This document shows positions 18,832 through 28,752 of a stretch of DNA of 64,000 nucleotides, in pieces; within the stretch, counting starts at the first letter, position 1; the number at the start of each line of letters is the position of its first letter. The stretch is from a virus. Under the pieces are notes generated by a model. It had not been told where the DNA came from. It ran no database searches and was given only the letters and a program-made list of their open reading frames with translations. The DNA lies in IMG/VR virus record IMGVR_UViG_3300022934_000004. One strand, given 5' to 3'. Both the position numbers and the translations under genes were made by a program.

Positions 18832-19043
18832 AAAATAATCATGAATGGGAAGTTATTTGTTCATGGGATGAGTTACAGACAACATTAGACGAACTGCCCG
18901 ATGTAATTCAAGTACCATCAGCTCCAAAGATTGTAAGTGGAGTCAAAGGTTTGAACTCTCATATTCCATCAGGTTTTAAAGATGTGTTGGATAGAGTAAA
19001 AAGTGGTGCAGCAAAAGACAATAAAATTAATACACATCGATGA
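18804..19043 (+). CDS. FmdB-like small protein
   Basis: MPTYT...GFKDVL pattern; upstream of phoH as in T4-like phages. Confidence 0.6.
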   Translation: MPTYTLRDIKNNHEWEVICSWDELQTTLDELPDVIQVPSAPKIVSGVKGLNSHIPSGFKDVLDRVKSGAAKDNKINTHR

Positions 19044-19723
19044 AAAAATCAAACTCAATGAACGTCTTACCAGACGAATTAGAATTTTTTGAACCAATAA
19101 CTGATACACAAGAAGAAGTTTGGGAAGCTTGGAAAGAAGGTTACAATTTAGTTTTAACAGGATCTGCAGGTACTGGTAAAACTTTTATTGCTATATACTT
19201 AGCATTAAGAGAATTTTTATTATCATCTTCATATAGAAAAATTATTGTAGTAAGATCAGTTGTTCCTACACGTGAAATTGGCTTTTTGCCTGGAGATGAG
19301 AAAGCTAAAAAGGAATCTTATACAGTTCCATACAAAGCAATATTCAGTGAAATGTTTGGATATGATGGTGCTTGGGGTAAAATGCTTTCAGCAAACAAAG
19401 TAGATTTCGAGTCTACATCTTTTATTAGAGGAACTACATTTGATAATGCCATTGTTATAGTTGATGAAATGCAGAATTGTAATTTCCATGAACTTGACTC
19501 TATTATTACAAGAATTGGATTAGATACTAGAATTATTTTTTGTGGAGATTATTATCAATCAGATTTTAAAAAGGAAGATGAAAGAGAAGGCCTTATAAAA
19601 TTTCTTACTATCTTAGAACAAATGAGGCACTTTAAGCAATTTACTTTTGGATGGGATGATATTGTTAGATCTGATTTAGTTAGAGATTACATTATGACAA
19701 AAGAAATGTTAAAAATAAGGTAA
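19040..19723 (+). CDS. phoH: PhoH-like ATPase
   Basis: GSAGTGKT, IGFLPG, FIRGTTF, VDEMQN, GDYYQSD, IVRS. Confidence 0.93.
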   Translation: MKKSNSMNVLPDELEFFEPITDTQEEVWEAWKEGYNLVLTGSAGTGKTFIAIYLALREFLLSSSYRKIIVVRSVVPTREIGFLPGDEKAKKESYTVPYKAIFSEMFGYDGAWGKMLSANKVDFESTSFIRGTTFDNAIVIVDEMQNCNFHELDSIITRIGLDTRIIFCGDYYQSDFKKEDEREGLIKFLTILEQMRHFKQFTFGWDDIVRSDLVRDYIMTKEMLKIR

Positions 19724-19728
19724 AGGAC

Positions 19729-20346
19729 ATGTTTTACGAAACTATAAAAGATAGAAAACAAGTTAGATGGTATGATCAGGAAAAAATTCCTGAAAAGTCT
19801 TTTATTGACGAATGTTTAAAGAAAACATATGAAGCTGTAGCATCTAAACAAAATTTAATGCCATACAAAGTGTGGGCAATTGGACCGGCTAATAAAGAAT
19901 TAAACCAAGGTTTATATGAAATATCTCAACACTCTGGTGTAAGAGATAATTATAATTTATTGACAGCACCATATCAATTTATTTACACTGTAAGGTTAGC
20001 TGAAGGTAATGCTAAAGTTGAAAGTGACTTAGCAGGAGGACATCAACAGCCTCCAATGGATCCTAAAAAATATAAAGATAGAATTATAATTAAAAGTACT
20101 AATATAGAAGTAGGAATGCATGCTACTATATTAAGTAAGCTTTTAATTGAAAATGGATTAGATGTTGCTTACACTCTATGCTTTGAAGATTTTGAATATA
20201 ATCCTGATTATTGGATAGATCGCGGGTTTGATTTTATTGATGATGAAGTACAATTTATAATGTCTGCTGGATATCCTGATCCTGAAAAATATATAGAATC
20301 GTGGGAAGATAAACCAGATTATTCTAAAGTAGTTGAGTGGATATGA
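19729..20346 (+). CDS. Nitroreductase-family protein
   Basis: KDRKQVRWY; ASKQNLMPY; GLDVAY; MSAGY. Confidence 0.7.
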   Translation: MFYETIKDRKQVRWYDQEKIPEKSFIDECLKKTYEAVASKQNLMPYKVWAIGPANKELNQGLYEISQHSGVRDNYNLLTAPYQFIYTVRLAEGNAKVESDLAGGHQQPPMDPKKYKDRIIIKSTNIEVGMHATILSKLLIENGLDVAYTLCFEDFEYNPDYWIDRGFDFIDDEVQFIMSAGYPDPEKYIESWEDKPDYSKVVEWI

Positions 20347-20588
20347 TAAAGATTTATGGTACTCCTTCATGTGGGTGGTGCAGGAAAGCAGTAAATGCTT
20401 GTGAACAGTATAACTTAAGATATGAATATATAAGTTTAGATACACCAGAAAAACAAGAACAATTTAAAAAAGATTTTCCAAACGCTAAAACCGTTCCACA
20501 AATTACTTGGTATGGTAATTATGTTGGTGGGTATGAAGCGTTAATGACAGAAATTGAGAATACACGTAATTACGGTGATGGACCATGA
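20343..20588 (+). CDS. nrdC: Glutaredoxin
   Basis: CGWC; TVPQI; YVGGYE. Confidence 0.9.
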   Translation: MIKIYGTPSCGWCRKAVNACEQYNLRYEYISLDTPEKQEQFKKDFPNAKTVPQITWYGNYVGGYEALMTEIENTRNYGDGP

Positions 20589-21307
20589 TTGAACCTCCAA
20601 AATATCAAAAGGATGCTGTTCCTACTTTAAAAGGTTGGAAACATCCAAAACGTAGAGAAATTTTAGTATCTAAAAAATTTACTCAAGAAGAAATTGATGA
20701 ATATTTAAATGCCCAGAAAAAGCCAAAGGCTAAGCCTAAGCCTAAGCCAAAGGTAGAAAAGCCTAAAGTAGAAGTTAAAGAAAAGCCAAAGGCTAAGCCT
20801 AAGCCGAAAATCGCTGCAGATGTTTTAATAGAATTAGAAGGTGTTAAAATATTAGCAGGTGATGGAAAAATCATTTCTAAAAAAGCATTGGTTAAACGCG
20901 CTAAAGATAGAGTTGTAAAACAACCAAAGCCAAAGCCTTTGCCACCTGAAGTTAAGGTACAAAAGCCTAAAGAAGTTCAAAAGAACCGAAAAGAATTAAT
21001 TGAAAAGCAAATAGAAAAACAAAAAGAAAAACCTGAAGTTAAGGTAGACGATAGATCAGAATTTATAAAAAAACAAAAAGAAAAAGTTGAAGCTGATGCA
21101 AAAAATTATGACTATACTCATATCCTTATAAAAGGTTCTATGGGTCTAGGTGTTTTAAGATTATCAGAAAAGCTAGGTGTTGATCCTACTGAATACTTTT
21201 CTCAAGACTTAGAATGGAAATTAAGAGATTATCAAGCAATGAAAGGGTTAGTTGAGGATGGAATTTTTGGTCCAAAAACTCAAGCTAAATTATATGGAAA
21301 TGAATAA
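20585..21307 (+). CDS. K/P-rich protein with C-terminal peptidoglycan-binding-like domain
   Basis: PKAKPKPK repeats; YQAMKGLVEDGIFGPKT. Confidence 0.65.
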   Translation: MIEPPKYQKDAVPTLKGWKHPKRREILVSKKFTQEEIDEYLNAQKKPKAKPKPKPKVEKPKVEVKEKPKAKPKPKIAADVLIELEGVKILAGDGKIISKKALVKRAKDRVVKQPKPKPLPPEVKVQKPKEVQKNRKELIEKQIEKQKEKPEVKVDDRSEFIKKQKEKVEADAKNYDYTHILIKGSMGLGVLRLSEKLGVDPTEYFSQDLEWKLRDYQAMKGLVEDGIFGPKTQAKLYGNE

Positions 21308-21471
21308 TGGCTAAATTTAGTCGATTCGATACCCGCAATAAAAAGAAAAATCGAAACAAACAAATGTCAAAAGAAAAAGATTTCAGAATAAAGCGAATTC
21401 TGAAAAAAAATGGTTTACATTTAAGAAAAACTATGGTAGAATACTCCTATAATGTAAAGGAGGATCTATAA
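21307..21471 (+). CDS. Small basic protein (not in ORF track)
   Basis: TAATG coupling at both ends; MAKFSRFD.RNKKK. Confidence 0.5.
   Translation: MAKFSRFDTRNKKKNRNKQMSKEKDFRIKRILKKNGLHLRKTMVEYSYNVKEDL
21414..21442 (+). promoter_or_regulatory. T4-type early promoter
   Basis: GTTTACA-17-TAGAAT. Confidence 0.75.
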
Positions 21472-22055
21472 TGAAAGATGTAAACAAAGTAATTTTAACT
21501 GATTGTGATGGCGTTCTCATGAATTGGGAATATGCATTTAATGTTTGGATGCAATCTCAAGGTTATGAAATGACTGATAAAGGTATGACTCATTATGACA
21601 TGGGTGATCGTTATGGTTTAACAAATCGCGAAAAACGTCGTCTTGTTCGTCAATTTAATGAATCAGCTGCAATTGGTTTTTTACCTCCTTTACGAGATGC
21701 TATGTATTATGTAGACTTATTACATCGTAAACATGGTTATGTATTTCATATGATTACAGCATTATCCAAAGATGAGTCTGCACAAAAGCTTCGTATAATG
21801 AATACTAAAAAACTTTTTGGTGAAACAGCTTTTGAAAAATTTATTTTTGTAGATACTGGTGCTGATAAAGATGAAGTTCTAAATGAATATTATGACAGTG
21901 GCTATATATGGATTGAAGACAAATTTGATAACGCTGAGCTAGGCGATGAAATGGGTTTAGAGTCTATTTTAGTTGAACATGGTCATAACATGCATAATGA
22001 AATGTTTCCTACCTTTGCAACATGGAAAGAAATTTATGACTATATTACCAATTGA
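21471..22055 (+). CDS. HAD-family 5'(3')-nucleotidase-like (T4 gp30.2-like)
   Basis: LTDCDGVL motif I; WIEDK; HGHN. Confidence 0.8.
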   Translation: MKDVNKVILTDCDGVLMNWEYAFNVWMQSQGYEMTDKGMTHYDMGDRYGLTNREKRRLVRQFNESAAIGFLPPLRDAMYYVDLLHRKHGYVFHMITALSKDESAQKLRIMNTKKLFGETAFEKFIFVDTGADKDEVLNEYYDSGYIWIEDKFDNAELGDEMGLESILVEHGHNMHNEMFPTFATWKEIYDYITN

Positions 22056-22590
22056 AAAATCTTATATTAAGATGAATACTAATGTTATCACTTGCCATTT
22101 TCCTTGGCAAGATGAGCTATCTGAAAAATGGATAGAAGACATTAAAAAGCGTGGTGATGAAATGAATCATAAGACTAATGTCAAAGCTGATATGACACAA
22201 TTTGAAGCTTTGGTTTATGATGATTTGTATATTCCACTTAAAGAGTTTATAATTAGTTTAACTAAATTTCATGATAATTATTCTGATCAAAGACAACTAA
22301 GTATTACTGATATGTGGGGAGCAGTTTATCATAAAGGTGAAAGTGCAGATATGCATGAGCATCATCCTGCCGCTTTTAGTTTCGTATACTACTTAAAAGC
22401 ATCAGAACATAGCTCTCCATTAATTTTTCCTACATGTGAAGCTGGATTTAATGTCAGGCCTATACCAGGATTAATTACTTTATTTCCTGGTTATCTCTAT
22501 CATGCAGTTCCACCACAGCAAATTGAAGAAGAAAGAATTGTAATAGCTGGCAACTTGTCTATGATTAATAAGGAAGGTATTTTTGAGTGA
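22036..22590 (+). CDS. 2OG-Fe(II) oxygenase (TIGR02466-like)
   Basis: HEH, SFVYYL, LFPGYLYHAV, RIVIAGN. Confidence 0.8.
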   Translation: MTILPIEKSYIKMNTNVITCHFPWQDELSEKWIEDIKKRGDEMNHKTNVKADMTQFEALVYDDLYIPLKEFIISLTKFHDNYSDQRQLSITDMWGAVYHKGESADMHEHHPAAFSFVYYLKASEHSSPLIFPTCEAGFNVRPIPGLITLFPGYLYHAVPPQQIEEERIVIAGNLSMINKEGIFE

Positions 22591-22793
22591 CGATTTTTGA
22601 TTTTTTAAATAAACGTAGTCAATGGGAATGGATCGTTTGTGATTTTAAATTGCCTCAAGAAAAATATCAAGGCACTATAAATAATCTTCAGTGGTTCATA
22701 AGATATGGACATAGAAGCAATAGTTTGAGAAAAGGTTTTGAAGAAGCAAAAAATCTTGCTCAAGAAATAGTAGATGAAATGAATTTTAAATAA
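22587..22793 (+). CDS. Hypothetical protein
   Basis: GTGA overlap. Confidence 0.55.
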   Translation: MTIFDFLNKRSQWEWIVCDFKLPQEKYQGTINNLQWFIRYGHRSNSLRKGFEEAKNLAQEIVDEMNFK

Positions 22794-22823
22794 TGCTTTT
22801 GTTATGTTTCAGGGAGAGAAACA

Positions 22824-23036
22824 ATGGCAGAAGACCGAAAAAACGATATCGTTGATTTACCTGAAGGTAGATTAGAATTATCACTTAGAGTTCTTGGTAA
22901 TGAGCTTATAGGTGTAAAAATGATAGTTGACGATATGAAAATAAAATGGGTTGTTGTAGGAAGTATAGCACTTGCAGTTTTATTATGGGCAGCAGCAGGA
23001 TTTGCTCCAGTGTTAAATTCTGTTTTTGGCGCATGA
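22824..23036 (+). CDS. Small membrane protein
   Basis: ELSLRVLGNE; C-terminal TM helix. Confidence 0.6.
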   Translation: MAEDRKNDIVDLPEGRLELSLRVLGNELIGVKMIVDDMKIKWVVVGSIALAVLLWAAAGFAPVLNSVFGA

Positions 23037-23037
23037 T

Positions 23038-23445
23038 ATGGCTGAGAAAAACGCTTTTGGCGTAGAACAAAAAGTAAAACCTCCAGCAAAAACTTTGCAA
23101 CCCGATTCTATCTTTGCACACTTAGATGCGGATGGTGATGGAGTTGTTACTGATGAAGAAATGGCAAGGGCAAAAGAAATAGCTGAGTTTGAACATCGCG
23201 AAAGAATGCGTGAGAATGAAGATAAGAAAGAAGATCAAATTAGATCAATGGCGTGGTTTGCATTGTGGGGTATGTTATTATATCCGATTACAATAATAGC
23301 AACGTCATTTTTTGGACAAGAAACGGCAGCAAAACTAGTAAGCGATATAGCTCCGACTTATTTTGTCGCAATTGCTGGTTTAGTAGCAGCATTCTTTGGT
23401 GCTCAAGCTTATACAAAAGGGAAAAGCGACCCTCCTAAAAAATGA
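23038..23445 (+). CDS. Two-TM membrane protein with EF-hand-like loop (holin-like candidate)
   Basis: DADGDGVVTDEE; two hydrophobic helices; AAFFG. Confidence 0.6.
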   Translation: MAEKNAFGVEQKVKPPAKTLQPDSIFAHLDADGDGVVTDEEMARAKEIAEFEHRERMRENEDKKEDQIRSMAWFALWGMLLYPITIIATSFFGQETAAKLVSDIAPTYFVAIAGLVAAFFGAQAYTKGKSDPPKK

Positions 23446-23454
23446 GAAATTATT

Positions 23455-24237
23455 ATGAAACGTTTAATATATCAAGTATATGTTGGAAAAAAATCTAAGC
23501 TGTACAATCACTGTACAGATTCAGTAAAAGAATACGCCGCAAGGATTGGTGCTGATTATATTAGACAAAAAACACCAATCCTTCTTATTCGCCCTGATCC
23601 TTTTACTACAAATAGAAGTAAAGAAGCGGTAGACAGATTAGGGTATTTACCTATTTATGAGAAAGAAAATGCATTCACATATCTTAAAACTTATGACCAA
23701 GTTGCAATCATTGACAGCGATGTTTGGGTCAGACCAGATAGCCCTAATGTTTTCGACGCTGTTGATCCTTCTGTTGACTTCGCTGGCGTAGTAGAACGTG
23801 AAATGCCAATTTTAGATTGGTATTCTAAAAAGATTGCTAATTATTCCAAAATGCAATATAGTAACATCCGTTCCGTTGATTGGAAATGGGACAAAAGAGG
23901 TGGTGAATTTTTTAACATGGGAGTTATGCTTTTAAATAAATCTATTGATAGATTTTTAAATGATGAAACACCTCAACAATTTCTGCGTAGGCCTAGATTT
24001 AAAGCCTTTATTGATGGTCAAGGAGCATGGAAATGGTCCACTGATCAAACACTGCTAAATACTTGGATTAAAGAAGAGCCTATGAAATTGCAACATCTAG
24101 ACTATCAATGGAATGCTTTATATACAGCTGTAAAACCTGATGCTGTTAAAAAATCTCATTTTGTACATTTTTTCCTAAAGGATAAACTTCCTCAACGCGG
24201 AGAAAACGTAGAGGAATTAATGAAAAATGTTAATTAG
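23455..24237 (+). CDS. GT-A glycosyltransferase (GT8-like)
   Basis: IIDSD DxD, FNMGVML, TDQTLLN, WN, FVHF. Confidence 0.8.
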   Translation: MKRLIYQVYVGKKSKLYNHCTDSVKEYAARIGADYIRQKTPILLIRPDPFTTNRSKEAVDRLGYLPIYEKENAFTYLKTYDQVAIIDSDVWVRPDSPNVFDAVDPSVDFAGVVEREMPILDWYSKKIANYSKMQYSNIRSVDWKWDKRGGEFFNMGVMLLNKSIDRFLNDETPQQFLRRPRFKAFIDGQGAWKWSTDQTLLNTWIKEEPMKLQHLDYQWNALYTAVKPDAVKKSHFVHFFLKDKLPQRGENVEELMKNVN

Positions 24238-24919
24238 TAAAAATTTATTCATACACATACCAAAAAATGCTGGTATGACAATAAGACATAGCCCAATGCT
24301 AAAAGAAAAAATTCTTGTAGCTGGAAGTAATATTCATAAATCGCCACAATATTCACAAGCAGTTTTAAACAAAATGAAATCCTTAGGAGATCATCATGGT
24401 TTTGAACATGCAAGGTGGCGAGATATACATCCTTCAGTAAGAGAACAGAATAAAGCTTTTGCTGTAGTTCGTAATCCTTGGGATCGTGTTGTAAGTCGAT
24501 ATTTCTTTGCAAAGAAAGTAATAGAAGTAGAAAAAAAGGTAGATCCAAGTTATGCTAATGTTAGTTCGTTTGAAGCTTTTTTGGAAGAACGTCATAAATG
24601 GGGATCCGAAGACTATATGTGGCATAGAGCAGTTCGTGGATGGTATCCTGCTTTTGATCACGTTATTGACGATGATAGGAATGTTAGGTGCGATATTATA
24701 CGCTTTGAACATTTAGATGATGATTTGTGTTCATATTTTAATTTACCTATGATGTCACGGAAAAGAAATGTCACTGCACTTAATAAAGGATCTTACAAAG
24801 ACATATATACAAAAGAAACAATTCAAATAGTAGCAGATTGGTATAAAGCTGATATTGATTATTGGAAATTTGATTTTGATACATCTGCAAATCAAAATTA
24901 CTGGAAACAAGAACAATGA
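24227..24919 (+). CDS. Sulfotransferase family 2
   Basis: FIHIPKNAGMT (5'-PSB); VRNPWDRVVSRY (3'-PB). Confidence 0.85.
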   Translation: MLISKNLFIHIPKNAGMTIRHSPMLKEKILVAGSNIHKSPQYSQAVLNKMKSLGDHHGFEHARWRDIHPSVREQNKAFAVVRNPWDRVVSRYFFAKKVIEVEKKVDPSYANVSSFEAFLEERHKWGSEDYMWHRAVRGWYPAFDHVIDDDRNVRCDIIRFEHLDDDLCSYFNLPMMSRKRNVTALNKGSYKDIYTKETIQIVADWYKADIDYWKFDFDTSANQNYWKQEQ

Positions 24920-25515
24920 TGGGAAATCCTGTAAATAAAGATGCAGATAGCATTATTAAAGCAATACCTAAAGATACGATTGGATGTGAAATTGGTGTAT
25001 GGGAAGCTAATACTTCAATGAAATTTTGGAAGCAAGGATTACAGCATTTATATTTAGTTGACGCTTGGAGTCCTATTGCATATAAAGATCAACCAGAAAA
25101 TGAACATGGATCCTATGAAGATTATTTGAAAAAATATAAAAAATTAACTGGAGAAGCTACTGAAGAAGCATTCCATAGATATTATGATAAAGTCTATAAG
25201 CGGGTTGTCGATAAATTTAAAGATACAAATAATGTTACAATCTATCGTATGACGTCAAAAGAGTTTTTTGAAAGCTTTACTGAAAAATTAGATTGGGTCT
25301 ATGTAGATGGTGCGCATGATTATATTGGATGTTTGTATGATTTAGAAGAATCTAGAAAAATAGTTAAACCTGGCGGTAAAATTTTTGGGGATGATTATCG
25401 GTGGACTAACAAACATGGAAAGCATGGAGTTACACAAGCTGTAAATGAATTCATTAATAAGTATGGATATAATATAAAACGTTATGGGCTATTACAGTTT
25501 GAAATAGGAATTTAA
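24916..25515 (+). CDS. SAM-dependent methyltransferase (Methyltransf_24-like)
   Basis: CEIGVW; VYVDGAH; VKPGG..FGDDY. Confidence 0.85.
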   Translation: MMGNPVNKDADSIIKAIPKDTIGCEIGVWEANTSMKFWKQGLQHLYLVDAWSPIAYKDQPENEHGSYEDYLKKYKKLTGEATEEAFHRYYDKVYKRVVDKFKDTNNVTIYRMTSKEFFESFTEKLDWVYVDGAHDYIGCLYDLEESRKIVKPGGKIFGDDYRWTNKHGKHGVTQAVNEFINKYGYNIKRYGLLQFEIGI

Positions 25516-25516
25516 T

Positions 25517-26131
25517 ATGTTAGCAGAATTATTTAATAAGTATGGTTGCGATAAAGCAAGTAAACATTCTTATGATGTAGTGTATGAAGCAGAGTTTCAA
25601 GGTATGAGAAATCTGCCAATTAATTTTTTAGAAATTGGAATTTTTAAAGGAAATAGTATTCAAGCTTGGCTAGACTTTTTTCCTAGAGCAACAATTTATG
25701 GCATCGATACTTTTCAACGAATTGATCCTAAAAATATTCCAGTACTTAAACACGAAAGAGTTAAATGGTTAAGGGCTGATTCTACCAAAGAAGCAACACG
25801 TGACTTAGTAGACACAGTTTGGAATGATGTTAAATTTGATATTATTCTAGATGATGGAATGCACACTCCACGCGCAAATGGACAAACGTTTTTACACTTT
25901 TACAATTTTTTAAAAGATGATGGAATGTATTTGATTGAAGATGCATGGCCACTTCATATCATGTCAAAGGAAGAAAAAAAGCATCCATGGATTAGAAAAT
26001 ATCCTGAAAGATATAACGCCGATGAAATGTATTTTTTTCAAAAGCACTTACCACCTACCAAAGTAGAAGAATTTGATTTAAGGAAAAACTCAGGTGAACC
26101 TGATAGTTACATATTTAAGATTACAAAATGA
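25517..26131 (+). CDS. SAM-dependent (sugar O-) methyltransferase
   Basis: DK..KHSY; LEIGIFKGNS; IILDDGMH; YLIED. Confidence 0.8.
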   Translation: MLAELFNKYGCDKASKHSYDVVYEAEFQGMRNLPINFLEIGIFKGNSIQAWLDFFPRATIYGIDTFQRIDPKNIPVLKHERVKWLRADSTKEATRDLVDTVWNDVKFDIILDDGMHTPRANGQTFLHFYNFLKDDGMYLIEDAWPLHIMSKEEKKHPWIRKYPERYNADEMYFFQKHLPPTKVEEFDLRKNSGEPDSYIFKITK

Positions 26132-26823
26132 AACACTTTGCAATAGTTGTCAAAGACAACGACATATCTGAAAAAGGATATGAATTTTTAGTTAAAAGCT
26201 CAAAGTCTGTTGATAATAAATTTACAATAGAAAAATTTGATGCCGTTACTCCAGAAAACGTTGAAAGGCTTATGTTTGAGTCAGATGTCACTTGGAACTA
26301 TCCTTGGGAAGGTGAAGTTATTGACATCGCAAGTGGAATGAAAAAACGTGCTTATCAAACAAAAAATAAGTATGCACGCATGGCTGCAGCAATGAGTCAT
26401 TTTCAATTATGGCAAGCTTGCTTTGAAAAACAAGAACCTTTTATGATACTTGAACACGATGCTATGTTTATGTTAAGATGTGACGTAGATATTACTAAAA
26501 CAAAGTTTGATATTTTAGGTATTAACAACCCATTAATGGCTACTAGATTAGCTCAGAAATACTATGATTTAGTAGTAGGTAATTTTGATCAATATCAACC
26601 AGTGCCTTATGTTGATAATGATATTACTGTTCCTCAAGGATTAGCAGGAAATTCAGCATATATAATTTCACCAGCTGGCGCTGAGCAAATGATATCATTA
26701 GTTTATAATTATGGATTATGGCCAAATGATGCTTTAATGTGTAAGCAATTAGTAAATAAACTCGGTGTCACTAGAAAATTTTATACAAGGGTTCAAGGGT
26801 TACGGAGCACTACAACACAATGA
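26128..26823 (+). CDS. Glycosyltransferase family 25-like
   Basis: FDAVTP; SHFQLW; ILEHDA; AYIISP.GA; PND. Confidence 0.8.
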   Translation: MKHFAIVVKDNDISEKGYEFLVKSSKSVDNKFTIEKFDAVTPENVERLMFESDVTWNYPWEGEVIDIASGMKKRAYQTKNKYARMAAAMSHFQLWQACFEKQEPFMILEHDAMFMLRCDVDITKTKFDILGINNPLMATRLAQKYYDLVVGNFDQYQPVPYVDNDITVPQGLAGNSAYIISPAGAEQMISLVYNYGLWPNDALMCKQLVNKLGVTRKFYTRVQGLRSTTTQ

Positions 26824-27464
26824 ATTATGTAATACAAATTGATGATATTGAAGAATCAGTACAAGCTGCTAAAAGAGCTATTAGAACAGCATCTTCTCAT
26901 GGCGCTAGTGTAAAAGTATTTCATGCAATTACTCCACGTAATACAGATGTTTTTAAGAAGTGTGAAGAAGAAGGTATTAATCCTGAAGGATTTAAAGAAA
27001 TATATTCACGTTTTGAAAATTGTATTGCAGCATTTTTATCACATTATACATTATGGAAGAAGTGTGTTGAGGAAGATTCCAGAATTGGTATTCTTGAGCA
27101 TGATGCAGTTATCACAAATCAATGGAACAGTGATATACCATTTGATAAAGTATGCAATATAGGTAAACCTTCGTATGGAAATTTTAACCATCCAGCTCAC
27201 CTTGGTGTTGGTCCACTTGTTTCAAAACCTTATTTCGGTGGAGCTCACGCTTATTTAGTGAACCCAGCAGGAGCCAAAGAATTAATTAAACAAGCTAAAA
27301 TAGCAGCTAAGCCAACAGATGTATTTTTACATAGAGATACATTCCCTTGGCTACAAGAAAAAAATCCATATGTTGCTGAAGTCAAAGATTCGTTTACTAC
27401 AATACAAAAGGAAAGAGGATGCCAAGCCAAACATAATTATGGAGAAGGATATGCGTTACTCTAA
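26820..27464 (+). CDS. Glycosyltransferase family 25-like (paralogue)
   Basis: SHYTLW; ILEHDA; GAHAYLVNP.GA; PTD. Confidence 0.8.
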   Translation: MNYVIQIDDIEESVQAAKRAIRTASSHGASVKVFHAITPRNTDVFKKCEEEGINPEGFKEIYSRFENCIAAFLSHYTLWKKCVEEDSRIGILEHDAVITNQWNSDIPFDKVCNIGKPSYGNFNHPAHLGVGPLVSKPYFGGAHAYLVNPAGAKELIKQAKIAAKPTDVFLHRDTFPWLQEKNPYVAEVKDSFTTIQKERGCQAKHNYGEGYALL

Positions 27465-28056
27465 TCTTTTTATCACTGGATATGATAAAAATAATAAATG
27501 GATGTTAGACTGGTTTTTAAAAAATTTTAATGAACACTGTTCTACACCTATCCTTCCATATGATTTTGATGATTTTAAAACACCTGTTGACGGTCAAAAG
27601 AATTGGTTTAAAAAACCATTTGCTATGATAGATGCTTCTAAGAAAGCCGAAAAGGTTTGTTGGATTGATTTAGATTGTCATGTACTAGGTTCAATAGATA
27701 ATATTTTCGATCACACATCTCCAAATAAACTTTCAATGGTAGAAGATGTACCTTGGTCAAAACGAAGAGGAGAAACGTGGCACAATTCAGGAGTGGTTTT
27801 ATTTGAAAATAGACCTAATATTTTAGATGAATGGGCAGCGGCTGTTTCTTTAAACCCTCAAGTAGGAGATCAAGAAGTATTACATTCTTTAGTGAGAGAA
27901 GGAATGAGAAGATTAATACATATAGAAAGTATATCACGTAAATATAATACTTTAAGACTAGACAAATTAGATAACTCTGAACCTAAAAAAGTTTTAGTTA
28001 TGCATTGGACTGGAAAAAAAGGTAAAGAAGAAATAAGGAAATTAATTAATGAGTAA
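27451..28056 (+). CDS. GT-A glycosyltransferase
   Basis: WFKKP; WIDLD DxD; NSGVV; GDQEVL; YN; MHWTG. Confidence 0.75.
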   Translation: MRYSNLFITGYDKNNKWMLDWFLKNFNEHCSTPILPYDFDDFKTPVDGQKNWFKKPFAMIDASKKAEKVCWIDLDCHVLGSIDNIFDHTSPNKLSMVEDVPWSKRRGETWHNSGVVLFENRPNILDEWAAAVSLNPQVGDQEVLHSLVREGMRRLIHIESISRKYNTLRLDKLDNSEPKKVLVMHWTGKKGKEEIRKLINE

Positions 28057-28660
28057 AGTGGCTCATCTTATTGGCAACGGGAAATCATCTGCACTTTATA
28101 ACCCTTCAAAAGGATTGAAAATTACTTGTAATGTTCCTCCATTTGAAGTTGCTAATTGCTACACTACTGTAATGGTAGATTTTAAAATGATGAAAGCAAT
28201 TAATGAGGGAAGTGTACAAGTTGCGGGTGATTGGGTTTTAGGTGCTAGACCTAAAAAATGGATGGAAATGAAGCCACATTTTTACATGAAATATGCACAA
28301 CAAATTAAAAAATTTTACACAGTTCTGCCGCCATATTGTCCAAATTATACAGATTTTAATTGTGGTCACATGGCAACACACTACATTGTAAATCCAAAAG
28401 CTGGCGGCTTAGGATGTGATGAAATCCATATGTATGGATTTGATTCATTATTTTCATTTGACACAACAAGTATGTCAGATATGTTTTTACAATCTGATAG
28501 AGGAAACAACCAAACGGAAAAACTAACTCGTCGGTGGAGACCAGTATGGATGGGAATATTTAGAGAATTTTCTAATACTCAGTTTGTTGTATATAATCAT
28601 AAAGGCGATACCGGTGTAATGAATTTTCCTAAAAATGTAGAGGTAAGAGATGGAAAATGA
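28049..28660 (+). CDS. Hypothetical, sialyltransferase/Maf-like fold candidate
   Basis: LIGNGKS; CN; NCGH.A; IHMYGFD. Confidence 0.5.
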   Translation: MSKVAHLIGNGKSSALYNPSKGLKITCNVPPFEVANCYTTVMVDFKMMKAINEGSVQVAGDWVLGARPKKWMEMKPHFYMKYAQQIKKFYTVLPPYCPNYTDFNCGHMATHYIVNPKAGGLGCDEIHMYGFDSLFSFDTTSMSDMFLQSDRGNNQTEKLTRRWRPVWMGIFREFSNTQFVVYNHKGDTGVMNFPKNVEVRDGK

Positions 28661-28752
28661 AGCATTATCGGAGGGCGATAGTGATGACCCATGCGATGAT
28701 TGTACGGATTTTGAACAATTGTGGAAGTGGTATGAACCACAGAAAGTAGATA

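Noticed and set aside
19729-20346. BluB (B12 lower-ligand synthase) assignment for the nitroreductase
   Set aside because: Only generic nitroreductase features are visible; the subfamily cannot be supported without a search
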